Of a stretch of DNA of 64,000 nucleotides, positions 25,516 to 38,210 are shown one piece after another (position 1 is the stretch's first letter; each line of letters starts with the position of its first letter). Source of the stretch: Callorhinchus milii (Eukaryota); contig NW_024704742.1 in NCBI RefSeq assembly GCF_018977255.1, positions 61,692,001 to 61,756,000 of the forward strand, in the 5' to 3' direction. Below the pieces are notes generated by a model that was given only the letters and a program-made list of their open reading frames with translations, was not told where the DNA came from and ran no database searches. Made by a program: the position numbers and the translations under genes.

Positions 25516-26114
25516 TTTTTCCATTGCCTTCCTCATTCAATCTTCTCTAGTTCCTGATTATCCACAGCCCATATACTTTCTAGCAGAAGCTCTATGAGCC
25601 CATCACTCCCATCAGACTCCACTTGCTTCTTATTCCCCTGCTGGTTAACTTCAGGATCCTCATTTCAATTTTCTAAAGCCTCCATGCTATTGACTTCCAC
25701 TCATTGCTTCTATGATCAGGTGCAGGCCTACTCTCCTGCTCGCTCCCTCTGCTCTGCTAACTCGGGCTTGTTTTGCATCCATAGATCATTTTAGCTCACC
25801 ACCGAGCTTTCAGCCACTTTGCCCCCTCTACTTAAATTGGTCGTTCACTTTATGGCTGTTCAAGGGATCTGTTATGTGAAAATTGTCACAGTCACTATGG
25901 GTTAAAGCAATTCTACAGAAGAGCAAGTATTTGTGAACGTTTCAATGTTACAGGCAATATATTAACTGCAAGGCCTATTTATAAACTATTTCTTTTCTCA
26001 CCCTTCACTCTAATTCTCTGAATTCCTACTTTAAAAATGTTGACGCCTGCTATTGTACAGTTTTACTAAACAAATTGAAAATTGGGTTGGCATTTTTGCA
26101 TTCCATTCCAGACA

Positions 26115-26456
26115 GCAACAACAACACAATTACATTTGTAATGCGATTTTCATGTTGGGAGGATGTTCCGAGGCACGGAACAGTCGGGGATCAGGACCCG
26201 AGGGTGGCAGTGTTGGGGTGAGGGAGGGCAGAGTGGTAGGAGGGGGGCTGAAGGCACAGTCAAAAAGGAGGCTCCTGAGTCGTACCTTGAAGGAGGCAAA
26301 GGAGGGAGCAAAGCAAAGGGACTGTGGAATGGAGGTCCAAAGATTGGGGGCAGAGAGGCTGAAAGCCTGGCCGCCGATGGTGGGACGAGTCAGGCAGGAG
26401 ACATGGAGTAGGCCAGAGCCTGCTTAACGGAGGGAGCGAACAGGTTGATAGGGCGT
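26115..26456 (-). mobile_element. L2 3' fragment (type A)
   Basis: Reverse tail caacaacaacacaattacatttg followed by L2 3' UTR. Confidence 0.85.
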
Positions 26457-26639
26457 CCCTCCAAAACCAAAAACAATAATAAATTGGTCATTTTCAATCT
26501 ACGATTGTTTGTGCGACATTGCTGTGCGGAATTGGCTGCCGCGTTCGCCCACAAACAAGTGTGTTCTGTGAAGCGCTTTGGGACGTCCTCCTGACGTGAA
26601 AAGCGCTATATCAAATGCAAGGATTATTATTATTATTAA

Positions 26640-26957
26640 AGTGATTTGACTGTATATTTTGTGGACATAGCAGCCAATGCGCACAGCAGTGTCCCACAAA
26701 CAGTCATGGAGTGAGTGACCAGTTTTATTTGGGTGATTTCAATGTCCAGGACACCAGGAGAAACTCCATTCTCTTTTTGAATAGTGCCATTAGATCTTTA
26801 ACGTCCACCTGAACAGGCAGACGGGATCTTGGTTTAATGCCTCATTCGAATGACGACGGCATCACCAGCAATGCAGCACTTCCGAGTCCTGCACTGGTGT
26901 GTCAGTTTATACTGTGAGTTCAATCTCTCGACATGGAGCTTGAATCCACAACTTTCT
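26640..26957 (-). mobile_element. Deu-domain SINE
   Basis: Reverse core aatagtgccattagatctttaacgtccacctgaacaggcagacggg. Confidence 0.8.
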
Positions 26958-27009
26958 ATAATAATAATCCTTACATTTGATGCAGCACCTTATCACATTG
27001 TTGAGATGT

Positions 27010-27360
27010 CTCAAAGCACTTCACAGAATATATTGTAAAGTGAATCAAACCCGGGTCAGTACATTACATGACTCCACAAACTGTCTCTGCTACTCCTCAG
27101 CATTAGTATAATTGCAAACACTTCTGTAGAAAGATTTGCGTAAAAGCTTGTCATCATTTTAATTGTCTGGGAATTTCTTTACAGAACATTGTTTCTCTTC
27201 TGCTTTCAAACATGAATCAACAGCACCAGAATTAGAGTACATTAGGCTCCACCTATGACTCAATGCATCTGTAGAACCTGTGTGACGTTGTTTGTACGTC
27301 TATCCTTTGTGGGTTCAATCACTGTGCCCTGATCATGTGATCTCCGATATTCTGAATATG
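27010..27360 (+). repeat. Local duplication unit, copy 1 (paralogous to 28620-28897 joined to 30437-30691)
   Basis: Direct sequence match, e.g. catgaatcaacagcaccagaatt...gatctccgatattctgaatatg occurs in both copies. Confidence 0.95.
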
Positions 27361-27434
27361 ACTGTGGGGATAGCATCGGATTATTACTATAGGGTGTACC
27401 CTTTGTAGAAAACAAACACTACACCTTTTAAGGC

Positions 27435-28217
27435 TGCACTCTCCACCTCTCAAAGTCAGTCAGGAACCTCGGTGTTCTGTTCGACCCTGAGCTGTCCTTT
27501 CTTCCTCATATCCGCGCTGCAACTGGCACCACCTTCCATCACCTCCGAAACATCGCCAGACTATAGCACTACCTCACCCCTCACACTGCTGAAACTCTGG
27601 TCCACCCCTTTATCACCTCAAGGCTGGACTATGGGAACTCTCTCCTCGCCGGCCTTCCCGGTACCTCCCTCCACAAGTTGCAGGTCATTCAGAACTCTGC
27701 AGCTCGTCTACTGTCCCGCACCAGGACCACATCACTCCCACCCTCGCTCGCCTCCACTGGCTCCCCATCCCCCAGAGGATCGAATTCAAGATCCTCATCC
27801 TCACCTACAAGGCAATTCACGGCCTCGCTCCCTCCTACCTCTCTGACCTACTATCCCCCTACTTACCTGCCCGTACCCTCCGTTCCTCTGGCTCCAGTCT
27901 GCTCCACATCCCCCGCCCCAACCGCCCTATCATCGGTGGTCGGGCCTTCAGCCTCTCAGTCCTTAGGCTCTGGAACTCCATCCCCCATTGCCTTCGCCGC
28001 TTCCTCCCTTTCCTCCTTCAAGGCCGGTCTCAAGACCTTTCTCTTTGACCGTGCCTTCAGCTCCCCTCTCGACTCTCTACCCACTCCTCGCTCCCTCCCT
28101 TCCCTCCCCTCACCCTGACCATTTCCCCCATGCTCGGGTCCTGAACCCAACTGTCCAGCGCCTTGGGACGTCCTCCCGAAGTGAAAGGCGCTCTATAAAT
28201 GAAAAAAAAATCTTGTT
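27435..28217 (+). mobile_element. L2 3' fragment (type A)
   Basis: RNLGVLFDPELSF, SRLDYGNSLL and IEFKILILTYKAIHGLAPSYL relics, plus tail. Confidence 0.9.
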
Positions 28218-28619
28218 GTAAAGGCATCTATTAAAGTCGTCATTAGTTCTGAATGTTCCCCTCTGAAATATCTTCAAAGCAATACCGCAAGCTTGGCAGG
28301 CAAACAACAAGCAACTATGAAAGACAGGCACCAAATTACCAAAGCCATCACAGCAGGTTGACTCAATTCCATCTTTCTGCCAAGCACATCATTTTGGCGC
28401 CAGCTCAACCCCAAGGATATTTTGTGTGTGCAATTGGCTGCCGCATTTCACCCACAAAACTAGTCAATCCACTTTACAGTATATTCCATGCAATGCTTTG
28501 ACACGTCTCAGTAACGTGTCAAAGCAATGTATAGCTTTAAGTGCACCAGGACGCAATCCCGCTTGAAGGGTGATACATAAATGCAAGTTGTTGTTGTGAT
28601 AAGGCGCTATATCAAGTCA

Positions 28620-28850
28620 TGTCTCAAAGCGCTTCACAGAATATATTGTAAACTGAATTGACTGTGCATTTTGTTTGTGAAGCATGGCAGTCAATTGCGC
28701 ACAACAATGTCCCACAAATATTATTATCCCCGGAAAGCGATCTGCCAATTCACTAACAACCGGGTTCCTACTTACTGCTAGATAAACGGAAACATGTAGA
28801 GTAAGGGAATGCCTAAGGTTTCACCCTGCCTGTGAATCAATCCCAGGTCA
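28620..28850 (-). mobile_element. tRNA-derived SINE, long variant with partial head; part of duplication copy 2
   Basis: Reverse core aacaaccgggttcctacttactgctagataaac and B-box remnant gaatcaatcccagg. Confidence 0.75.
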
Positions 28851-28901
28851 GTACGTTACATGACTCCACAAACTGTCTCTGCTACTCCTCAGCATTAACG
28901 T

Positions 28902-29382
28902 ACAACAACAACAAAATTACATTTATAGAGCGCCTTTCATGTTGGGAGGACGTCCCAAAGCGCTGAACAGTCAGTGTTGGGGCCTGAGCATGGGGGAAGG
29001 GTGGTGTAGGGGTGAGGGAAGGCATAGAGGTGGGAGGGCGATCAAAGGCACGATGGAAGAGAAGGGTCCTGAGACCAGCCTTGAAGGAGGCAAGGGAGGA
29101 AGCAAAGTGAAGGGACCGTGGGATGGAGTTCCAGATGTGGGGGCAGAGAGGCTGAAAGCTCGGCCACTGATGGTCGGGCGGGAGACATGGAGCAGGCCGG
29201 AGCCCATTGAACGGAGGGAGCGGGCAGGTTGGTCGGAAATTAGAGGGTCAGAGAGGTATGAGGGGGCAAGGCCATGGATGGCCTTGAAAGTGAGGACGAG
29301 GATCTTGAACTCGATCCTCTGGGGGATGGGGAGCCAGTGAAGTCGGGCGAGAGCGGGAGTGATGGGGTCGTGGAGCCTGGTG
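28902..29382 (-). mobile_element. L2 3' fragment (type A), first part of composite insertion
   Basis: ORF 28971..29396 (LHWLPIPQRIEFKILVLTFKAIHGLAPSYL). (CAA)n tail at 28902. Confidence 0.9.
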
Positions 29383-29454
29383 TTGACTGTTGACAATGGT
29401 TTGCACAGTGTGACTTCTACCAGCTTTCCAGATTCTTTCCAGGTCTCTGCTGTT

Positions 29455-30426
29455 CAACAACAACAACAACTTGGATTTATATAGCGCCCTCCACGCCAGA
29501 CGGCATCTCAGAGCGCTTCACAGTAACGGATCCCAGGACCGAACCAGGGGGAGGGGAAGGAAGGTGACCAAAGGCCCGGTCGAAAAGAAACGAAAAGAAA
29601 GCAGAGACTTGAAAATGGGAAGGGAGGGAACAAGATGAAGGAAGTGAGGAAGGTAGTTCCAGAGCCTCGGGGCATAGTGGCTGAAGGCACGGCCACCGAG
29701 GGTGGAGTGGAGGAGTCGGGGGATGAGGAGGAGGCCAGACCCAGAGGAACGGAGGCAACGGGTACTGTTTTGAGGAGAGAGGAGGTCAGAGAGGTAGGGG
29801 GCTGCAGAGGAGTGCAGGGACTTGAATACAAGGCTGAGGATCTTGAAATCGATCCTCTCTGGGATAGGCAGCCAGTGCAGTCTGGCAAGGACTGGGGTGA
29901 TCGAGGAGAGGAGTGTTGTGTGGGTGAGAATGCGGGCGGCAGAGTTTTGAATGATCTGGATTTTATGGATGGTAGTGGATGGGAGACCGGCGAGGAGGGC
30001 ATTAGAGTAGTCCAGCCGAGAGGTGACAAAGGCATGGCCCAGAGTTTCAGTGGCTTTTGGGGAGAGGTATTGGCAGAGACGGGCGTTGCTGGTGAGGGAC
30101 CAGATGTGGGGAAGGAAGGATAATTGGGGGTTGAACCTGACGCCTAGGTTGCGTAGAGGTTGATGAGAGCCAAAGAGTATGGCTTCCGACTTGTCAACGT
30201 TCAGCTGAAGGAAGTTTGCCCCTGAGATCTGACAGGCAGGCTGACAGAACATCAGGGGACTGGGGGTTGCAAAGAGAGGTGGAAAAGTAGAGTTGGGTGT
30301 CATCTGCAAACATGTGGAAATGTATCTCATGTCTGTCGATGACATCCCCAAGAGGGAGCATGTAGATCAGAAAGAGGAGGGGGCCAAGGATGGATCCTTG
30401 GCGTACCCCACAGATGACCGGGGTTA
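29455..30426 (-). mobile_element. L2 fragment (type B), second part of composite insertion
   Basis: ORF 29518..30351 (NFLQLNVDKSE...SRLDYSNALL...LHWLPIPERIDFKI). GVRQGSILGP relic at the 5' end. (CAA)n tail at 29455. Confidence 0.92.
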
Positions 30427-30690
30427 CTCAGCATTACCATAATTGCAAACACTTTTGTACAAAGATTTGCATAAAAGCTTGTCATCATTTTCATTGCCTG
30501 GAAGTTTCTGTAAAGAACATTCTATCTCTTCTGCTTTCAAACATGAATCAACAGCACCAGAATTGGAGTACATTAGGCTCCACCTATGACTCAATGCATC
30601 TGTAGAACCTGTGTGACGTTGTTTGTAAGTCTATCCTTTGTGGGTTCAATCACTGTGCCCTGATCATGTGATCTCCGATATTCTGAATAT

Positions 30691-30996
30691 GTACCTCAGT
30701 GGTTAGAGCACTCGCTTTGCAAGCGAGACATCTGGGTTCAATTCCAGGCAGGGCAAAACCTTGGGCAAGTTTCCTTACTCCACACGCCTAATAATAATCC
30801 CTCCAAAACAAAACAATAATAAAGTGGTCATTTTCAATCCACGACTGTTTGTGGGACACTGCTGTATGCAATTGGCTGCCGCGTTTTGCCCACAAAATAT
30901 ACAGTCAATTCACTTAACAGTCTACTCTGTGAAGTGCTTTGAGACACTTAGAAGACGTGAAAAGCGCTATATCAAATGCAAGGATGATTATTATTA
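30691..30996 (+). mobile_element. tRNA-Ala-derived SINE, short variant
   Basis: ctcagtggttagagcactcgctttgcaagcgag...ggttcaattcc head. Lacks the central core segment. Tail gtgaaaagcgctatatcaaatgcaagg. Confidence 0.88.
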
Positions 30997-31469
30997 AGGA
31001 GACCTCACTTCACAAGATCATGCAAGATCAGAAAGAGGTTCAGACGAAGAAGCCTTTTATTCCATTTGTTCTCAGCCTGGAGAACACCTGCCCTACCATC
31101 ACAGCCTCAAATTATTCTCTAAATAAACGTAAAATGATCTATAATGCATATATAATGTACAGGTGGGAAGTTGCGAAAACAATATACAAGATAAAGGGTG
31201 TCCGTTTAACTACAATAATTTAGTTTTACGTAGAGCCTTTCACTTCAGGAGGATATTTCAAAGAACATTACATAGATGACTGGGAGCCTGAGCAAAGGAA
31301 GGTGACTGAAAACTCTGTTGAAAAGATAGGTCTTGAATGGGTCATGATGGGGTTGGGGTTAGGTGCCAAGGCAGAAAGCCTTTGGGATGAGTAAGGCAGG
31401 ATAGCTGAAAGTGTTCCCACTGATGGTGAGGAACATTGGGCAGGGGACATGAAGCAGGCTGGTGTTTGC

Positions 31470-32767
31470 TGAGTATAAGAGTGACAAATGACATTCTGTC
31501 CTTCTGCGACCAGGGCTCCCTCTGCCTCCTCGTCCTCCTTGACCTCTCTGTTGCATTTGACCACTCTATCTTCATCAACTGCCTCTCCTTTCACCCTAAC
31601 CTTCATGGTTCTGTCCTTGAATGGTTCAGATCATACCTCTCACACCGCCTCCACTTCATCTGCACAAATAGTTTCTCCTCTAGCCGCCACACCATCTCGT
31701 GCAGCATTCCTCAGAAATCTGTCCTTGATCTCTCCTCTTCAAAGTGTACATGCTCCCTCTTGGTGACTTCATCCACAGATGGGGTTGACTTCCACATGTA
31801 TGTTTATGTCACCCAACACTACCTCTCTGCCTCCACCGTTGACTCCAGGACCACTGCTGTCCTGACAGAATGTCTGTCAGACATCAAGTCCTGGATGAGA
31901 GCTAACTTTCTACAGTTGAACATCAGCAAGACTGAGGCTCTCCTGATTGGCTCTCGTCAGCGTCTCCACACCTCTGGCTCTGACAGCATCACCATCCAAG
32001 GATACACACTCCACCTCACTAAACCAGTCCAGAACCTTGGGGTCTTGTTTGACCCTCAACTATCCTTTCTACCCCACATCTGTGCCATGACTTGCTCTGC
32101 ATTCCCCCACCTCTGCAACAGCGCCCGGCTCTGACACTGTCTCACACCACAGGCTGCCAAAATCTTCATATATGCATTCATAACATCCAGGCTTGACTAT
32201 GCAAACTCATTGCGTGTCGGCTTCCCTAACACCTCCCTCCATAGGCTGCAGATCATCCAGAACTCTGCAGCCCATGTCCTCTCCCGCACCAGGCTCCGTG
32301 ACCCTATCACTCCCACTCTCGCCCGACTCCACTGGCTTCCCATCACACAGAAGATACAGTTCAAGATCCTGGTCCTCACCTTCAAAGCCCTTCCATGGCC
32401 TTGCTCCCGCCTACCTCTGTGACATCCTAACCTCCTACCAACCTACCCGCTCCAACCACTCCGCTGGTTCCGGCCTGCTTCACATCCCCCACATCGCCCA
32501 GCCATTGGCAGCGGGCCTTCAGCCACTCTGCCCCGACACTCTGGAACTCCATCTTGCAGTCTCTCTGCCTCACCCCTCCCTTGCCTCCTTCAAGACCCAC
32601 CTCAAGGCCCTCCTCTTCAACCGTGCTTTCGAGCACCCTCCTTCCCCTCCTGCCCTCCACCCTCCCCATTCCCAATCCCCAGCTCGGGTCTGAAACACTG
32701 ACTGTCCAGCACCTTGGGACATATGTGAAAGGCCCCATACAAGTGTAATTTTGCTGTTGTTGTTGTT
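31470..32767 (+). mobile_element. L2 LINE relic with RT domain remnants
   Basis: ORF 31436..32134 (LLVLLDLSVAFD...WFRSYLS...NFLQLNISKTE). (TTG)n tail. Confidence 0.93.
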
Positions 32768-33334
32768 ATAGGTTTTCAGGAGTCAGAGAGGTGGAGTTGG
32801 GGAAGGGTGGGCTAAACGGATCTGACAGTGAAGGCAAGGATCTTAAATGAATTCAACCGATCCTCAGACTCCTCTTCAAATCTCTTCCTGCCCTGGCACG
32901 TCCCCACTTAACCAAACTGCTTTGCTCCCCAATCTACTACCCATCATATCCCCTCGACTGGCTCCAGATTATTGCATGTCCCTCGTGCCTGAAGACCTTC
33001 CTGTTTGACAGTGCTTACTGTCACCCCTACCCACTGGCTCAGCGTCACGCTCTACCATTGTCAAGGGATCTTAAACACTAAGGGGAGCTATATAAATGCA
33101 AATTGTTGGATTTGCTGATAATGAGTGAGTTAAGGGTAGATGGGCACCATGGCACTATTCAAAAACAGAAAGGAGTTTCTGGCAACAATCCCTAAATAAA
33201 ATTGGTCATTCATTTCATGGCTGTGAGACATTGCTGCATACAGAATGGCTGCCAGATTCCCTTACAAATATACAGTCACTGCACTTGACAGTAAAATCCT
33301 GCACTATAAGGCACTATATCAAATGCATGAATTA

Positions 33335-33878
33335 TCATAGAATCATAGAATCATACAGCACAGAAAGAGGCCATTCGGCTCATCGTGTCTGCACCAGCTC
33401 CGAAAAGAGCAATCTAACTCAATCCCACTGGCCCACTTTCTCTCCATAGCCCTGCAATCCTATTCTCCCCAAATACCCATCTACTCCTCTCTTGAAAGTT
33501 GTTAGTGAATCGGCTTCCATTATCTTTTCAGGTAATGCATTCCAGATCTGAACAACTCGCTAGGTGAATTTTTTTTCCTCATCTCCCCTCTGTTTCTTTT
33601 AACAACTATCTTAAATTGGTATCCTTGGGTTACTGACCCACATGCCAGTGGAAACAGTTTTTCCCGGTTCAATCTATCAAATCCTTTCATGATCTTGAAA
33701 ACCTCTGTTAAATCCTCTCTTAATCTTCTCTGCTCTAGGGCAAATAATTCTAGTTTCGTTAACCTCTCCTCATAACTAAGGTCCTTCATTCCTGGTACCG
33801 ACCTGGTAAACCTCCTTTGCACCGTCTCCAATGCCCTAACATCTTTCCTAAAGTGCAGTGCCCAGAACTGAACGCAGT
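33335..33878 (-). mobile_element. CR1 3' fragment, same subfamily as 56359-58548
   Basis: ORF 33520..33831. (CATAGAAT)n tail on the + strand. Closely similar to 56359-56890. Confidence 0.9.
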
Positions 33879-35424
33879 TGAATTTAACTGAATTACAACT
33901 GAATTATAATTCAGCAACCTTTGAAATAATTGTCTTCTGCACTTAAAATCAATAAAATAAAAATCAATTTACGCATCAATCCGCAGCTGAGCTTTGTAAG
34001 AGTCGACCAAAGGAGTAAACAAAGTTCGCCCTGGAATGTATTACGGAGAATATATTTTCTCTCATCCTGTGAAGAATAAAATTGCAGGAATATTTACTTG
34101 TAAAACAGATTTTCCCAAGCGACCATTTGTCCAGACTGAGCTCAGGAAGTAAACATCATCTGTGTAGTCAACCATGAGGGCAACACAGCTGAGCCCAGCC
34201 CTGCCCTCACCCACATCCACACCTGCCCACATCCCAATAGGCAACCTTGAACACAGGTCAGGAAAGGGAATTCTGGCTGATTTATTTTCCCTCTTCCTCA
34301 AACCAAGAACAGAGAGGAGGAGAACTGAGGTCACTCAGGACCATACAACCATAGAAAGTTATAGCACAAAAGAAGGCCATTCAGTCCATCGAGTTATGCT
34401 GGCTCTGTTAACAGCAAACCCTTCAGTCCCATTTACCTGCCCTTTTCCCATCCCCCCTTTCTTCACACAGAGGGTTGCGAAGATGTGAAATGCTCTGCCT
34501 CAGAAAGCTGCAGAGCTGCCGCATTCACTTTACTACCACACTTTACAGTAAATCTTGTGAATCACTTTGAGATGTTTCGATGACATGAAAATTCATTATA
34601 TCAAATGCAAGAATTATTATAAAAATACAAATGTTTTAAAGGGGAGATTTTCACCACTCTGCACGACCAAGCTCCTCTTAAACTGTATGTTTTTCTCCTG
34701 CTCTTACGCTTCTTGTTACAGTTCTTTGGTGGGATGATGATGCTGCAGCTACACATTAATTTCAGAACATGTCAACTGAGAGGTTTCTTGGGCACTTCCC
34801 TCACTTTGATCCATTAAAGAAAAGCTTGTTTTCTATATGTTAACCCATACGAATAATTCATCCAACCGTGAAGATTACGCAGTCAGAAAATTCTCTTTAC
34901 CTGTTTTTTGGGACGTGTGAGCACAAATGATTTCATTGATGGGACATAAAGATACTGCAGCACAGAGATGCACACTTTGATTTATTTAAGGGATTTGTCC
35001 TTGAAATATTCATAAAGGTGAATATGCAAAATTCCATTTAACAAAGAGAAGTGTGATATTGAAAGCGGTAGTCGGTCTTAGGGAAGCCATTATTCTCTAT
35101 CTAGTGGATTAAGAGAGGCAAATAATATATCCCTTGAGTCCGAGGACATGGTTAGTTTAACAATAAATTAGCTATGAATCTTTGAGTTGCCCTCGGGGTT
35201 TCAAGGGAAAACTGTACTTCCACCAATGTGTTCACTCTCGAAATCTTTTAACCCAAGATATTCTGCCATGTGGCAATGAACAGAGAACCCAAACGATGAT
35301 CTGAAAAGCAGTATTATAGTTATTATATTGTCATTTATTGAAAACAAATGTTTTTATTATTTTATTCCGGACAGCATTTTCCAGTGAGCTTACTGTATGT
35401 TTAATGTCTCATCCCTTTCTTCAG

Positions 35425-35694
35425 ATGGGATCCATCTGCCTGTTCAGGTGGACGTTAAAGATCCCATAGCACCATTCTAAAAGTGGAGGGAGTTTTTCCC
35501 AGGGTCGTGGCCAACAATCCCCAAATAATCACTCATTTCATGACAGTTTGTAGGACCTTGCTGTGCACAAATGTGCTGCGGTGTTTACCTATAAATACAC
35601 CATAACTTAATTTCTCAATATATCACCTGAAGGGGTTAGAGAGGTCCTTCTGATTTGAAAAGACGCTATACCAAATGCAAGGACTATTATTATT
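35425..35694 (+). mobile_element. Deu-domain SINE (5'-truncated)
   Basis: ctgcctgttcaggtggacgttaaagatcccatagcacc core plus shared tail. Confidence 0.8.
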
Positions 35695-36195
35695 GTGTTC
35701 CCTCTCTAGCATGGTTCTTAATAAGACACGGTTAGTTTATTGCTGAGTCCGGTTTTAGTAAGGAAGTGTTTCACAGTCAGTTCCATACTTACTTGCAAGT
35801 GTGCAGATTTGTATTTGTTTGATGTTTTGATATGAAATCAAATTTTAAAAAGCAATTGAAATGTGGATGATTGTGGGCCGTGCAGTTCCATATTACTTGC
35901 AATAATAAAAGAAGAGATTATAGGAAAACAGTTGATCACTCACTTATTGACTGTTTATACGACACTGCTGTGCTATATTCTCCTACAAAATACACAGTGA
36001 CTGCATATTACAATAAATCCTACAAAGAGCTTGAAACATCCTCCTGATGTGAAATTCACTACATCAAATGCCTTCATATAGTGCCTTTCATGTCAAGAGG
36101 ACATCTTAAAGCACTTCACAGTGCAGGAGCAAGGATTATGATTGTTATTATTAAAAAGTAACTAAATAGCCAGGAAGTTGCACAGACAGACACTT

Positions 36196-36513
36196 GTGGA
36201 GTCCGGAAGCTCAGTGGTTAGAGCATTCACTTTGCATGCGAGAGACCTGGGCTCGATTCCCGGTCGGGTGAAAACTTGGGCAAGTTTCCTTACTCCACAC
36301 GCCTGATAACAATCCCTAAAGAAAAAAAATAATAAATTGGTCATTTTAAACCACGACTGCTTGTGGGACACTGCTATGCGCAATTGGCTGTCGCATTTCG
36401 TCCACACAAAAAAATGCAGTTAATTCACTTTACAGTCTATTCAGTGAAGCGCTTTGAGACATCTAGAACATGTGAAAAGAGCTATATCAAATGCAAGGAT
36501 TATTATTATTATT
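36196..36513 (+). mobile_element. tRNA-Ala-derived SINE, short variant, full length
   Basis: gtggagtcc...agctcagtggttagagc...tttgcatgcg...ggctcgattcccgg head. (TTA)n tail. Confidence 0.9.
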
Positions 36514-37802
36514 AAGTTGATCTCTAATTCCGTGACAACCTGTGTTTGAAACCTGACATGAGATTATAGCTCAAAACAGCAGTATTATTCCTTCTGAGAC
36601 CTTTTATTCCTAGAGCATGTGTAACGAATAATGGTGGTGTCCTGTTCATATCATCTGGCACCTCCCTACCTTTCCAACATGCCACCACTCGCCACTTCGA
36701 CTCAGCTGGCTCCAGCCCTCAAGATTTCCCTTATCCCCACTGCTCCACCATCGGCAGCCTTGCTTTCAGCCACTATGCCCTGAAACTCTGGAACTCTCTC
36801 CCTCCACCCCTCTGCCTTGCCCCCTTGTTCCCCATTTTCAGATCACTATATAAATACAAGTTGTTGTTATCATGTTTTGCGAAAGGATCAACATATTTTA
36901 ACTGGGGAGGAAGTGGGAGTTACAAATTGGAATCTCTGATGTATCAATTAAGCGCTCTAAGACAGGGCCATGCATGAAGGATACTATATAAATGCAAATT
37001 GTTGTTGCTGTAATATTGGTAGAATATACGATAAAGAAAATTGTGTTCTCACCGCTAACACTGCACAAACTTCTGATGCATCTTGCAAAGCTCCCAAAAG
37101 AATTAAGGCATGTCTCACAATAATTGCACTAAATCATCTATTTCTGGCCTATAAATCCCAATAAATACAGTGTGACTCACCCAGCATAGACCCTGAAAGT
37201 CCTAATCCTATTTTAGCAATTCAAAATTTCAAAAAGACATTAAATCATAACCTCAGGCTTAAATTACATCAATTCAATTTATTGAAAATGTTAGCTAAAG
37301 CTCACACATCCCTATGCAACATTATTTTTGCCTCTGAATTCTATTGTTCCTCATACATTGCTGGCTCACAGATATAATCACGAGAGATTTCAGATTTTTG
37401 ATGAAAACAGCATAAGCTTTAGCACTTGTGCCTGAAAGATGTCAGCACAAACGATGTAATGGATTTTAGGGGCCGGTTTAGCTTTCTATCCTGGATTTGT
37501 ATTTATTTCCAGCATAAAAAAAACAATAATTCTATTCCTGTACATCCTTCTTATACATCTATCCTTCCAGCTCAACTCAAATATGACAATTCAATGTCTA
37601 ATGGTTTTGAATTTCTGCCAGAGAGAAGTGAGGAGAGTATAACATGTGTTTTTTCTTAACGGGCTTCCGTAAAAAGTCAGAGATTCCGTCCCCTATCTGG
37701 AAATGCTGTACGTCACAACAACCCAAGGGAATTCTGTTTTGACGTGATCTACTTCTAGAGCAATGTTTCTGCAGCTCAATGGGAATAATATGTATAATAA
37801 AA

Positions 37803-38210
37803 AAATAATCCTTCCATTTGATATAAGACCTCTAGCATTGAGAACATTGCGAAGTTTCTGTAACGTTCAGATGTTTGCAAAAGCAATAACCAATTCGTCT
37901 TACAAGCAGCCATGAAGTGAATGATCAATTTTATCTGTAGGATTGTTGGCCAAGACACCGGAAGAAACCACCTTCTCTTTTCAAATAATATCATGGGATC
38001 ATCTCTACGATGCAATAAAGTGCTATATCAAATGCAAGGATTATTATTATTATAAGCTCACCTGAACAGGCAGATTGGCATTGGGTTAATGTCTCATCCA
38101 AAAGACGGCATCTCTGACACTTCAGCAGTCTCCTAGCACTGCATTGGAGTGATAGCCAGACTGTGAGCTCAAAGTCCCAATTTGGGGCTTGAACCTACAA
38201 CCTTCTGACC
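37803..38210 (-). mobile_element. Deu-domain SINE with a nested short + strand SINE tail (about 38011-38054)
   Basis: Reverse core cacctgaacaggcaga...aatgtctcatccaaaagacggcatctc. Confidence 0.75.
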
